Shown piece after piece: positions 41,264 through 50,177 of a stretch of DNA of 64,000 nt. The stretch is from positions 7,493-71,492 of the forward strand of contig JAGAOU010000037.1 in the NCBI GenBank assembly GCA_017623595.1, read 5' to 3'. The stretch is from Clostridia bacterium (lineage in GTDB: Bacteria; Bacillota; Clostridia; Oscillospirales; UBA644). The position numbers and the translations under genes were made by a program. A model generated the notes under the pieces. That model did not search any database and was not told the origin of the DNA. It saw nothing but the letters and a program-made list of their open reading frames with translations. How positions within the stretch are numbered: the first letter of the stretch is position 1; the number at the start of each line of letters is the position of its first letter.

Positions 41264-41292
41264 TTGATTTTTCCATCGATTTATGGTATAAT
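41264..41292 (+). promoter_or_regulatory. sigma-A promoter
   Basis: TTGATT-17 bp-TATAAT with extended -10 TG. Confidence 0.7.
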
Positions 41293-41333
41293 GATTGGCA
41301 AGATGTGAAGTGTATATCGGGAGGATTGATTTA

Positions 41334-41936
41334 ATGATAAAAAGTCTGCTTTTTGATTGTTCCGACACGTTGTTGCACCTTCATTCAAAGGTGGATCTTG
41401 CAGTGGAATTGGGGGATCATGAGCGTGCGGAGCGGATTCATAATGCGTTTTTCGGCGATGCTCTTTGGAAAAAATATGACAACGGGCTTCTTTCCGATGC
41501 GGAAATGAAGGACGCACTTCTTCCTCGGTTTGCCGAGGCGGATCGGGAAATTGCAGAGATGTATTTTGATACGTTTGCAGATCACTATACGCCGATTGAG
41601 GGGATGTACGATCTTCTTGCGGAACTGAAGCGGAAGGGCTACAGTCTTTATATTGTGTCGGATTTTCCGCCGCGATTCGCCCGACTTTGGGAAAAATACG
41701 AAATTTTTCGGCTTTTCGACGGACGAGCGGTTTCTTGTGAAGCGCATGGATCGAAACAGGATCTTCGCCTGTTCTCTTATCTGTTGGAGACTTACGGATT
41801 GCGCGCCTCCGAGTGTTTTTTTGTTGATGATCGGGAGGATTTGGTTTCCAATGCGGCGTTATGCGGAATCGCCGGACATGCTTTTGTCGATGCGGCGGAT
41901 CTGCGGGATTGTCTGAGAAGGCAATCGATTCTGTGA
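41334..41936 (+). CDS. HAD-family phosphatase (subfamily IA)
   Basis: LFDCSDTL, IVSD, K, FFVDD..N. Confidence 0.8.
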   Translation: MIKSLLFDCSDTLLHLHSKVDLAVELGDHERAERIHNAFFGDALWKKYDNGLLSDAEMKDALLPRFAEADREIAEMYFDTFADHYTPIEGMYDLLAELKRKGYSLYIVSDFPPRFARLWEKYEIFRLFDGRAVSCEAHGSKQDLRLFSYLLETYGLRASECFFVDDREDLVSNAALCGIAGHAFVDAADLRDCLRRQSIL

Positions 41937-41953
41937 GGAAGGGTGGAGCTGTT

Positions 41954-43108
41954 TTGACCGAGAAATTATACGATATCGACGCATATCTGTCGGTGTTTAC
42001 CGCCAAGGTTTTGTCGTGTGCTCCCTCTGCGGAGGGCTATGATGTGATTTTGGACCGCACCGCCTTTTTCCCCGAGGGGGGTGGGCAGTACGGAGATACG
42101 GGAACCTTGAATGAGGTTTCGGTGCTGGATACGCAGATTCGCGAAGATGTGATTTATCATCGCACCGATGCCCCCTTGACGGTGGGATCAACGGTGACGG
42201 GACGGCTGAATTTCGAGGAGCGCTTCCGTCGGATGCAGAATCATTCGGGAGAGCATATCGTTTCCGGCATCGTTCATGGAATGCTGGGGTATGAAAATGT
42301 GGGCTTCCATCTCGGGGATTCGTTTATGACCATGGATTACAGTGGTGTGCTGTCTCCTGCGGATCTTTCGGCTGTGGAAAAGGCTGCCAACCGCGCCGTA
42401 TGGGATAACCGTGAAATCCTTTGCCGTTATCCCGCAAGAGAGGAATTGGCATCCATCAACTATCGGAGCAAAAAGGAACTGATGGGAGATGTGCGCATTG
42501 TCACCGTGGAAGGTATTGATGTCTGTGCCTGTTGTGCGCCCCATGTGAAGCGGACGGGGGAGATCGGCGCCATTGTCATCACCGATGCCATCCGTTGGAA
42601 GGGCGGCACCCGCCTGACCGTCCGTTGCGGAAGCGATGCGCTGAAGGAATACGAAACCCTCCGTGCCGACGAGCGGGCCTTGTCTGCGTTGTTTTCCGCA
42701 CCTCGAGGGGAAAATTCTTCTGCGGCGGAAAAACTGCAGAAGGACATGGCCGATCTTCGCCGTGCCTATTCTGTGGCGCTGAAGGAGAATGGGTTGATGC
42801 GCCTGTCGATGCTCCCCGACGGAGCGGGAAATCTTGTGTTCCTTCTGCCCGACGCAGACGGAGATGTGATGCGCACCGCCGCAAATGAAGGAATCAAGAA
42901 ATGCACCGGTGTTTTTGTCTGTCTTGCGGGAGACGGGGTGCAGGGATATAAATACGTTATTTCGGCCCGAGGAAACCTGCGGGCCAAGGCGAAAGAAATC
43001 AATGCTGCCCTCGGGGGCAGAGGCGGCGGAAGTGAAACCATGATTCAAGGGTCCTTTGCCGCATCGGAAGAAGAAATACGCGATTATTTTAAGGAGTTTA
43101 CGATATGA
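41954..43108 (+). CDS. Alanyl-tRNA editing protein AlaX with C-terminal DHHA1
   Basis: FFPEGGGQ..D, HSGEH, CCAPH, GGRGGG; probable TTG start after GGAG. Confidence 0.88.
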   Translation: MTEKLYDIDAYLSVFTAKVLSCAPSAEGYDVILDRTAFFPEGGGQYGDTGTLNEVSVLDTQIREDVIYHRTDAPLTVGSTVTGRLNFEERFRRMQNHSGEHIVSGIVHGMLGYENVGFHLGDSFMTMDYSGVLSPADLSAVEKAANRAVWDNREILCRYPAREELASINYRSKKELMGDVRIVTVEGIDVCACCAPHVKRTGEIGAIVITDAIRWKGGTRLTVRCGSDALKEYETLRADERALSALFSAPRGENSSAAEKLQKDMADLRRAYSVALKENGLMRLSMLPDGAGNLVFLLPDADGDVMRTAANEGIKKCTGVFVCLAGDGVQGYKYVISARGNLRAKAKEINAALGGRGGGSETMIQGSFAASEEEIRDYFKEFTI

Positions 43109-44706
43109 TCAATGTCAACGATTTGAGCTTTAATTTCGGCGGTCAGCTTCTGTTTAAGAATGTGGACCTGCAGTTTACCCCCGGCAATTGTTACGGAGTG
43201 ATCGGCGCCAACGGAGCGGGAAAATCCACCTTTTTGCGCATTCTCTGCGGGGAACTGGAGCCCTCCTCCGGGTCGGTTTCCATTGCCCCCGATACCCGCA
43301 TGTCGGTGTTGAAGCAGGATCACTTTGCTTACGATGCCTATACCGTTCTGGATACGGTGATTATGGGGAACCCAAAGCTGTATGAGGTGATGAAGGAAAA
43401 GGACGCTCTTTACATGAAGGAGGATTTTTCCGACGAAGATGGGGTCCGTGCTTCGGAATTGGAGGGTATTTTTGCCGAAATGAACGGGTGGGAATCGGAA
43501 TCCGATGCGTCCCGTCTCATACAGGGGTTGGGCTTGAGCGAGGATATTCTGTATTCTCAGATGTCCGATCTGAATGAAAATGAAAAAATCAAGGTGCTTT
43601 TGGCCCAGGCTCTCTTCGGCAATCCGGATATTATCCTGCTGGATGAGCCCACCAACGGTTTGGATATTGACGCTGTGATGTGGTTGGAGGATTTTCTCAG
43701 CGATTATTTCGGTACCGTTTTGGTGGTTTCTCATGACCGTCACTTTTTGAATGATGTCTGCACCAATATTGTGGATATCGACTTTACGGGCATCAAAATG
43801 TACGTTGGTAACTATGAATTCTGGTATGAATCTTCTCAGTTGGTTCAACGTCTGATCAAGCAGCAGAACAAGAAAAATGAGGAAAAGATCCGCGAGCTGC
43901 AGGAATTTATTTCCCGCTTCTCCGCCAACAAATCCAAATCCCGTCAGGCAACCTCCCGCCGCAAGCTGCTGGATAAGCTGACCGTGGAGGAAATTCCCGC
44001 TTCCTCCCGTCGATATCCCTTCATCGGGTTTGAAGCCGATCGGGAAGCGGGGAAGGATATTCTGGAGGTTTCCGGGCTTTCCAAGTCCCTGAATGAAACG
44101 CCTTTGTTTTCCAACCTTTCCTTTACCCTCGGCCGCAACGAAAAGGTTGCGGTTTTGGGTAACGAGCTGGCTGTAACCGCTCTGTTCCGCATTCTGATGG
44201 AAGAGGAATCTGCCGATGGGGGCGAATTTAAGTGGGGACAATCCATCACCACCTCCTACTTCCCCCATGATAATACCAAGTATTTTGAAGATTGCAACGA
44301 TAGCATCATCGATTGGATGCGTCAGTATTCCAAGGATCAGACCGAAAGCTATCTGCGTGGCTTTTTAGGGCGCATGCTCTTCTCGGGGGATGCGGTTTAC
44401 AAGCCCGTCCACGTCCTTTCGGGTGGCGAAAAGGTTCGTTGCATGTTCTCCCGTATGATGATGTTCGGCAGCAATTTCCTTATTCTCGATCAGCCTACCG
44501 ACCATTTGGACTTGGAGTCCATCACCGCCGTCAATGACGGGCTGAAGGCCTTCAAGGGAGGGATGCTGTTCACCACCCATGACTACGAAATGATCAACAC
44601 CGTAGCCGACCGTATTCTTGAGATTCGTTCCGACGGTGTGTTGGATTACAAGGGTAATTACGAAGAATTCATTCAATGGAAAAAGGACAAGGGCTTTGTC
44701 GAATAA
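43105..44706 (+). CDS. ABC-F family ATPase (YbiT/YkpA-like)
   Basis: Two NBDs and no TM segments; GANGAGKS, LLDEPTN, VSHDR, linker ANKSKSRQATSR. Confidence 0.9.
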   Translation: MINVNDLSFNFGGQLLFKNVDLQFTPGNCYGVIGANGAGKSTFLRILCGELEPSSGSVSIAPDTRMSVLKQDHFAYDAYTVLDTVIMGNPKLYEVMKEKDALYMKEDFSDEDGVRASELEGIFAEMNGWESESDASRLIQGLGLSEDILYSQMSDLNENEKIKVLLAQALFGNPDIILLDEPTNGLDIDAVMWLEDFLSDYFGTVLVVSHDRHFLNDVCTNIVDIDFTGIKMYVGNYEFWYESSQLVQRLIKQQNKKNEEKIRELQEFISRFSANKSKSRQATSRRKLLDKLTVEEIPASSRRYPFIGFEADREAGKDILEVSGLSKSLNETPLFSNLSFTLGRNEKVAVLGNELAVTALFRILMEEESADGGEFKWGQSITTSYFPHDNTKYFEDCNDSIIDWMRQYSKDQTESYLRGFLGRMLFSGDAVYKPVHVLSGGEKVRCMFSRMMMFGSNFLILDQPTDHLDLESITAVNDGLKAFKGGMLFTTHDYEMINTVADRILEIRSDGVLDYKGNYEEFIQWKKDKGFVE

Positions 44707-44718
44707 GGAGATGATGTT

Positions 44719-45546
44719 ATGAAAACCGCAGTCAATCTTTCCTGTGTTGCAGGAGTTTCTTCACTTGACTTGATTCCTTTGGTCAAGCGCGCCGGCTTTG
44801 ATGGTTGCTTCAGCGGGGTTTCCGCCGATGTGACCGACGTGATGACCGTGGCCTCCCGTCTTCGGGAGGAGGGACTGATCTATCAGTCGGTGCATGCACC
44901 TTTTACCAAGATGCATCAAATGTGGGAGAGCGGTGAGGACGGAGAGAACGCTTTAGCCGAGCTGATTGCTTGCGCGGAAAATGCCGCCCGTGTCCGGGTT
45001 CCTATCATGGTGACCCACGTGTTTATCGGCTTTAGAGAAGAGCATCCCAATTCCCTTGGGGTGGAGCGCTTCGGAAAATTGGTCAAGCGTGCCGAGGAAC
45101 TTGGTATCAAAATCGCCTTTGAGAACACGGAGGGAGAGTCCTATTTGCAGGCGGTTCGGGACGGTTTGTTTTCCTCGCCTGCTGCCGGATTTTGTATTGA
45201 TACGGGGCATGAAATGTGCTATAATCGCAGTGCTGATATGATCTCCAAATACGGAGCTGAGGGAAAACTGTTCTGCACTCATCTCAACGATAATATGGGC
45301 ATTACGGGACCTGAAATCTTTTGGCTTGACGATGCCCATCTGCTTCCCTTTGACGGTATCGCCGATTGGGATGGCATCGCAAAGCGCATGAAGGCGGTGG
45401 GGTATGACGGATTCCTGACCTTGGAGTTGACCACCCAAAGCAAGCCCAACCGTACCACCCATGACCGTTATGCATCCCTTTCTCCTTTGGAATTTTTGAC
45501 CCTTGCTCACGATAAGGCTCTGCAATTTGCGGAAAAACTGAGTTAA
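44719..45546 (+). CDS. Sugar phosphate isomerase/epimerase (AP-endonuclease-2 TIM barrel)
   Basis: SVHAPF, AFEN, IDTGH, HLNDN, HLLPFDG, TLE. Confidence 0.82.
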   Translation: MKTAVNLSCVAGVSSLDLIPLVKRAGFDGCFSGVSADVTDVMTVASRLREEGLIYQSVHAPFTKMHQMWESGEDGENALAELIACAENAARVRVPIMVTHVFIGFREEHPNSLGVERFGKLVKRAEELGIKIAFENTEGESYLQAVRDGLFSSPAAGFCIDTGHEMCYNRSADMISKYGAEGKLFCTHLNDNMGITGPEIFWLDDAHLLPFDGIADWDGIAKRMKAVGYDGFLTLELTTQSKPNRTTHDRYASLSPLEFLTLAHDKALQFAEKLS

Positions 45547-45583
45547 AAAAAACGCCTCGGACCTGTGCAGTCCGAGGCGTTTT
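45545..45583. terminator. Bidirectional terminator
   Basis: AAAACGCCTCGGAC...GTCCGAGGCGTTTT between convergent genes. Confidence 0.85.
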
Positions 45584-45592
45584 GTGTTCGGG

Positions 45593-46264
45593 TTATGCTT
45601 CCGCGAAGTCGATAATGGGGGAGACGTCGGTAAGGGAGTGGGGATGATGCCCGCATTCGGGCTTGACAAAAGAGGTGATTTCAATGCCTCGCTCTTTGCA
45701 GAATTCGAGCATCCGTCCCGCATTTTGGGGAAAAGGAACAACTTCGTCCGCACCTCCCGCCACCAGAAGGAGAGGAATTTTCAGAGCAAAAAATTCCTCC
45801 ATGTTGTCGATAGGGTGCCCCTTAAACCATTCCAGCGTTTCTTCGGTCAGCCCGAATTCTTCATAGAGCAGTTCTCTGTCCCGACTTTTCTTGGGGGGCC
45901 AGGTGCGCATGTCCAGCACCGGGGCATCCAGATAGACTTTGTCGACAGCTTCCGGATAGGTTATGGCGAAATTGAAGGCATACAAGCCGCCGCGGCTGAA
46001 GCCGAAAAGAATGCAGGTTTCCGAAAGATTGAATTCTTTTATTACATAACGATAGAAATTATGCATCTTTCGTATTGCATCGAAACTGCCGAATTTGTCG
46101 CTGACCGAATAGTAGACACGGGTATACCCCATATCGCACAGTTTCCGTTCCGCTTCGTCGAAGGCGTGGAGAAATTCCGTTTTCCAGATCCATTTCCCGT
46201 TGGGGTTGTCGGGACGGATGACGGTGGCATTGTGGCCGTTAAATTGAAAATTCAGGGTCTCCAT
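45593..46264 (-). CDS. Alpha/beta-hydrolase (esterase)
   Basis: GFSRGG nucleophile elbow, GGADEVV, GHHPH. Confidence 0.82.
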   Translation of the reverse strand: METLNFQFNGHNATVIRPDNPNGKWIWKTEFLHAFDEAERKLCDMGYTRVYYSVSDKFGSFDAIRKMHNFYRYVIKEFNLSETCILFGFSRGGLYAFNFAITYPEAVDKVYLDAPVLDMRTWPPKKSRDRELLYEEFGLTEETLEWFKGHPIDNMEEFFALKIPLLLVAGGADEVVPFPQNAGRMLEFCKERGIEITSFVKPECGHHPHSLTDVSPIIDFAEA

Positions 46265-46279
46265 GACGGCTTTCTCCTT

Positions 46280-48613
46280 TTATTCGAAGCGGAATGTGGC
46301 CTGTTCTCCGGCGCGCATGGTACGGGAGAGGACAGATTTGCTCAAGGTGTATTCCCCGTCGGACTGCGGAACAGCGCCGTCGGGCAGTTTCCATCTAAGT
46401 TCGCCGTCGTTTCCTGCCGTGACGGTCACTTCGGTCAGTTGTCCTTCGGACCACGCAAAGTCAAAGGTGAAGTTTCCTCTTGCCTTCAGTCCTTTTACAG
46501 AGCCCTCTTTCCATTCTGCGGGCAGAGCGGGAATCAGCTCTGTGATGCGGTGACCGGGGGTGCCCAGATGGCTTTGAATCAGCATTTCGTTGATACCTGC
46601 CGTGGCGCCCAGATTTCCGTCGATCTGGAAAATGTGGGGCGGATGCAGGTCAAAGAGATTGGCCTCCGTATTGGTAGCAAACAGCTGATACAGATGATGC
46701 AGCGCCTGATCGCCCTCCTTGAATCGGGCGTAGAAATTGACGGTCCATGCGCGAGACCATCCCGTATGGCCTCCTCCGTGGCTGAGTCTGCGGGCAATTG
46801 TTTTTTTTGCCGCTTCGTAGATTGCGGGATCGGTTTCGTTGATCTGATCGGCGGGATAGAGACCGAAGAGATGGGAGATGTGACGGTGGCCCGGCTCCAC
46901 TTCCTCGTAATCCTTGATCCATTCGCAGATGGTGCCGTACCGTTGGCTGATTCGCAAGGGGGGCAGTCGGTCCAGCACGCTTTGGAGTTTTTTGCCGAAA
47001 GAAGGATCCTTGCCCAGAAATGTGCAAGCGTATTTTACACGGGTGAACAGGGCGTAAATGATCTCAAAATCAAAGGTTGCCCCCTTGGTCAAGGTTTGCT
47101 TTTTTCGTGTGCCGTCGGGGTGATTGTACCAGAACCAGTTTTCGGGAGAGTTGGAAGGAGATGTCACCAGAGACCCATCCTCTTCTTCGGTCAGATATCC
47201 GCAGACGAAGCGGCAGGAACCTTCCAGAATGGGCCAGATTTCGTTTAGATATTCCACATCGTCGGTATATTCATAATGCTCCCATAAGGACAAGCACATC
47301 CACGGACCTGCCATGGGGAAAAATCCGCAACCGACGTGGTCGTGGATCCCTGTCCTGCCGAAAATGTCGGTGGTGTGATTGATGGCCCAGCCCTCGGAGA
47401 AGAACAGTTCCTTTGCGGTGCTTTCACCGAATTTTGAAAGCATTTTTACAAAATGTGTGAGAGATGACACGGTGTCGGAGCTGTTCCCGGCCTCCGCAGG
47501 CCAGTAATTCATCTGTACGTTGATATTGGTGTGGTAATCTGCGCCCCATGCAGGACGGAAGCCGTGACTCCAGATTCCTTGCAGATTGGCGGGAAGGGTG
47601 GAGTTTTTCCCTGAGGATTCGGTGAGAAGATATCGTCCGAAATTATAATAAAGAACACAAAGATCCGGATCTGTTCCGCCTTTTTTGATCGCCCGAAGAC
47701 GGTCGGTAACGGAAACTTCGGATTGATTGGGAGCGTTCAACTTCAGTTCTACGGCGGAGTAGCTTGCGGCATGATCCTTCAGATGGGATTTTTTGATTTC
47801 TTCGTAGGTATGGTTGGAAATCCCGTCGATGCAGGCGTTCAGCTTCCCCCGCACATCGATGGTTTCGTCCACGTCGTAGAGCTTTACGTTGTAATTGGTT
47901 GCAAACGCTGCGTATACGGTAAGTACTGTGGCTCCTTCCACGGAAAGAGAGTCATGGTTTGCTTTCTTGTTTCCGTCGGATTCAATCTTCAGTTGCGCAC
48001 CGAAGGTAAGCCCTTCGCCGCCTTTTCCGTAGTCGTTTTCGTCAAACCAAGTGACACGACCGTTGAGGTGCAGCGTGTCTTCTGAGGTTGCGGCGGTGTA
48101 TGCGTCCTGCTCCCGCTTTATGGTCACGTTGCAGGAGAAGGGGGCATCGGCGGTGATGCGGTAGATAAAAAGATCGTATTTTTCACTGACAAAGCTTTCG
48201 CTATGATAGGAAGTGTTCCCTTTTTTCCATGCAAAAGAGGCGACGGCATCCTTCAGCTCCAGTTCCTTTCGATATTCGGTATATCCGGTTTTGTCGGGAA
48301 AATCCAGAAAAATTTCACCGAAGCTTTCATAAAACCGAACCCGTGCCGGGTGGGACAAAAAGGTTTGTTTGCTCAGATCTGAGGCTTCCTGAAGTTGCTC
48401 ATCGGAGATGTGCTTTCGGATTTGCGCCAAGGCTTCCGGGGTGGCATGATTCTGTTCTTTGATCTGCCGACCGCTCCAAAGGGATTCCTCGTTGATTTCG
48501 ATTACTTCCCGCGCCGGGTTTCCGTAGACCATGGCTCCGATTCTTCCGTTGCCCAAGGGAAGGGCGTGCATCCAATCGTTGACAAATTGGTTGTAAAACA
48601 ATTTTGTGGACAT
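46280..48613 (-). CDS. GH95 alpha-L-fucosidase-like glycosidase
   Basis: ALPLGNGRIG, NEESLW, YHTNINVQMNYW, HRHISHL, FQIDGN. Confidence 0.92.
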   Translation of the reverse strand: MSTKLFYNQFVNDWMHALPLGNGRIGAMVYGNPAREVIEINEESLWSGRQIKEQNHATPEALAQIRKHISDEQLQEASDLSKQTFLSHPARVRFYESFGEIFLDFPDKTGYTEYRKELELKDAVASFAWKKGNTSYHSESFVSEKYDLFIYRITADAPFSCNVTIKREQDAYTAATSEDTLHLNGRVTWFDENDYGKGGEGLTFGAQLKIESDGNKKANHDSLSVEGATVLTVYAAFATNYNVKLYDVDETIDVRGKLNACIDGISNHTYEEIKKSHLKDHAASYSAVELKLNAPNQSEVSVTDRLRAIKKGGTDPDLCVLYYNFGRYLLTESSGKNSTLPANLQGIWSHGFRPAWGADYHTNINVQMNYWPAEAGNSSDTVSSLTHFVKMLSKFGESTAKELFFSEGWAINHTTDIFGRTGIHDHVGCGFFPMAGPWMCLSLWEHYEYTDDVEYLNEIWPILEGSCRFVCGYLTEEEDGSLVTSPSNSPENWFWYNHPDGTRKKQTLTKGATFDFEIIYALFTRVKYACTFLGKDPSFGKKLQSVLDRLPPLRISQRYGTICEWIKDYEEVEPGHRHISHLFGLYPADQINETDPAIYEAAKKTIARRLSHGGGHTGWSRAWTVNFYARFKEGDQALHHLYQLFATNTEANLFDLHPPHIFQIDGNLGATAGINEMLIQSHLGTPGHRITELIPALPAEWKEGSVKGLKARGNFTFDFAWSEGQLTEVTVTAGNDGELRWKLPDGAVPQSDGEYTLSKSVLSRTMRAGEQATFRFE

Positions 48614-48643
48614 TTGATCTGCCTCCTTGGTTAAGTTGTTTCT

Positions 48644-48672
48644 ATTATACACGATTTTTGTTGTTACGTCAA
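48644..48672 (-). promoter_or_regulatory. Promoter for GH95 and the esterase
   Basis: Minus strand TTGACG-17 bp-TATAAT. Confidence 0.75.
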
Positions 48673-48801
48673 TGGTTATTTTCCGGTTTTTGTATAACGA
48701 TTTACGGATTTTTGCCCGCAGTCTGTCGGGGATCTGTTGGGCGGTGTTTCTTTGAATTTTCGATTTTGTCTAAAATCATAAATATCATGTCTTTTTTTGT
48801 A

Positions 48802-48830
48802 TTGTTTTACTGTTTCAAATGGATTATAAT
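48802..48830 (+). promoter_or_regulatory. Promoter for GH109
   Basis: TTGTTT-17 bp-TATAAT. Confidence 0.6.
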
Positions 48831-48870
48831 AAGGGTGTAAAATCAATCCTGCAGACAGGGAGGACTTGAA

Positions 48871-50127
48871 ATGAAAGAAAAAATCAGAGTCGGTTATGTT
48901 GGTCTCGGACGACGCGGCTGCGGCGTTCTGAAGGCGAATTTTGCGCTGATGCCCGATGTGGATCTCGTTTATATGTGCGATCTGATCCCCGAGCGGGCAC
49001 AAAAGGGATGTGCAATTGTCCAAGAGCTGGGTGGCTATTCTCCCAAGGCGATTTCGGATTATCATGAAATTCTTGCCGATGATTCCATCGACGCTCTTAT
49101 TATCATGACCTGCTGGTCGGGGCGCCCTCAGATTGCCATGGATGCCATGAAGGCGGGCAAATATGCCGCTATTGAGGTGGGATGCGCCGATTCGTTGCAG
49201 GAATGCTTTGATTTGGTTCGTGTTTCCGAGGAAACGGGCAAGCCCTGTATGATGCTGGAAAACTGCTGCTATGCCCGCCGTGAAATGATGGTTCTGAATA
49301 TGGTCAAACAGGGTCTGTTTGGTGAGATTGTTCACTGCGCAGGCGGTTATATGCATTATCTGCCCGAGGAGGACCTTTACCGTCACATCCTGCGGGAGGA
49401 GGGGCATCCCCATTACCGTATCGACCACTACATCCGTCAGAATCGGGAAAACTATCCCACCCATGAATTCGGTCCCCTTTCCAAAATTCTCGGTATCAAT
49501 CGGGGGAACCGCATCCTGACCCTTTCTTCCTTTGCTTCCAAGGCGCGGGCTTTGAAGCAATATTGCAAGGATCATATGGAAGATCCCGCCTTGGCGGAGA
49601 TTGACTACAAGCAGGGGGATATTGTCACTACTGTTATGACCTGCGCCAATGGGGAGACCGTGGTTCTTACCCTGGACACCACCGCACCCCGTCCCTATTA
49701 CAGCCGCAATTTCACCGTCCGCGGGACGCTGGGAATGTCCTTTGAGGACACCAAGGTGGTCTATCTGGACGGAATGGAGCATCGGGTACGGGACAACGAA
49801 GAGCAGTTCTTCGAAAAGTACGACCATCCTCTTTACAAAGAATATACCGCCATGCAGAGCCGCGGCGGTCATGGGGGCATCGACTGGCTGGTTTGCCGTG
49901 CCTTCGTGGAAGCTGTGAAAAACGGAACGCAGACGCCCATCGACGTTTACGACACCGCTGCTTGGCTGGCCATCGGGCCTCTTTCCGAGGCTTCCATTCA
50001 GCAGGGTGGCGCACCTCAGCAGTTCCCCGATTTCACCAACGGCAGATGGAACGACCGTGAACCCCTTGTCAAGGGCAAGTATTGTCTGGATGAGGTTGTC
50101 GAAGACAAAAGCGTTCCCATCTATTAA
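48871..50127 (+). CDS. GH109 NAD+-dependent N-acetylgalactosaminidase-like (Gfo/Idh/MocA fold)
   Basis: GLGRRG, AIEV, LENCCY, YPTH, GGHGG, IDVYD, FPDFT. Confidence 0.85.
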   Translation: MKEKIRVGYVGLGRRGCGVLKANFALMPDVDLVYMCDLIPERAQKGCAIVQELGGYSPKAISDYHEILADDSIDALIIMTCWSGRPQIAMDAMKAGKYAAIEVGCADSLQECFDLVRVSEETGKPCMMLENCCYARREMMVLNMVKQGLFGEIVHCAGGYMHYLPEEDLYRHILREEGHPHYRIDHYIRQNRENYPTHEFGPLSKILGINRGNRILTLSSFASKARALKQYCKDHMEDPALAEIDYKQGDIVTTVMTCANGETVVLTLDTTAPRPYYSRNFTVRGTLGMSFEDTKVVYLDGMEHRVRDNEEQFFEKYDHPLYKEYTAMQSRGGHGGIDWLVCRAFVEAVKNGTQTPIDVYDTAAWLAIGPLSEASIQQGGAPQQFPDFTNGRWNDREPLVKGKYCLDEVVEDKSVPIY

Positions 50128-50142
50128 AAGCATAAATGATAT

Positions 50143-50172
50143 GAGAGCACCTGCCGCGGCAGGTGCTCTCTT
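50143..50172. terminator. Terminator between convergent genes
   Basis: GAGAGCACCTGC-CGCG-GCAGGTGCTCTC. Confidence 0.75.
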
Positions 50173-50177
50173 CGCAA

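Noticed and set aside
45584-47248. 554-aa plus-strand ORF opposite the esterase and GH95
   Set aside because: Antisense shadow; the minus-strand genes carry clear catalytic motifs
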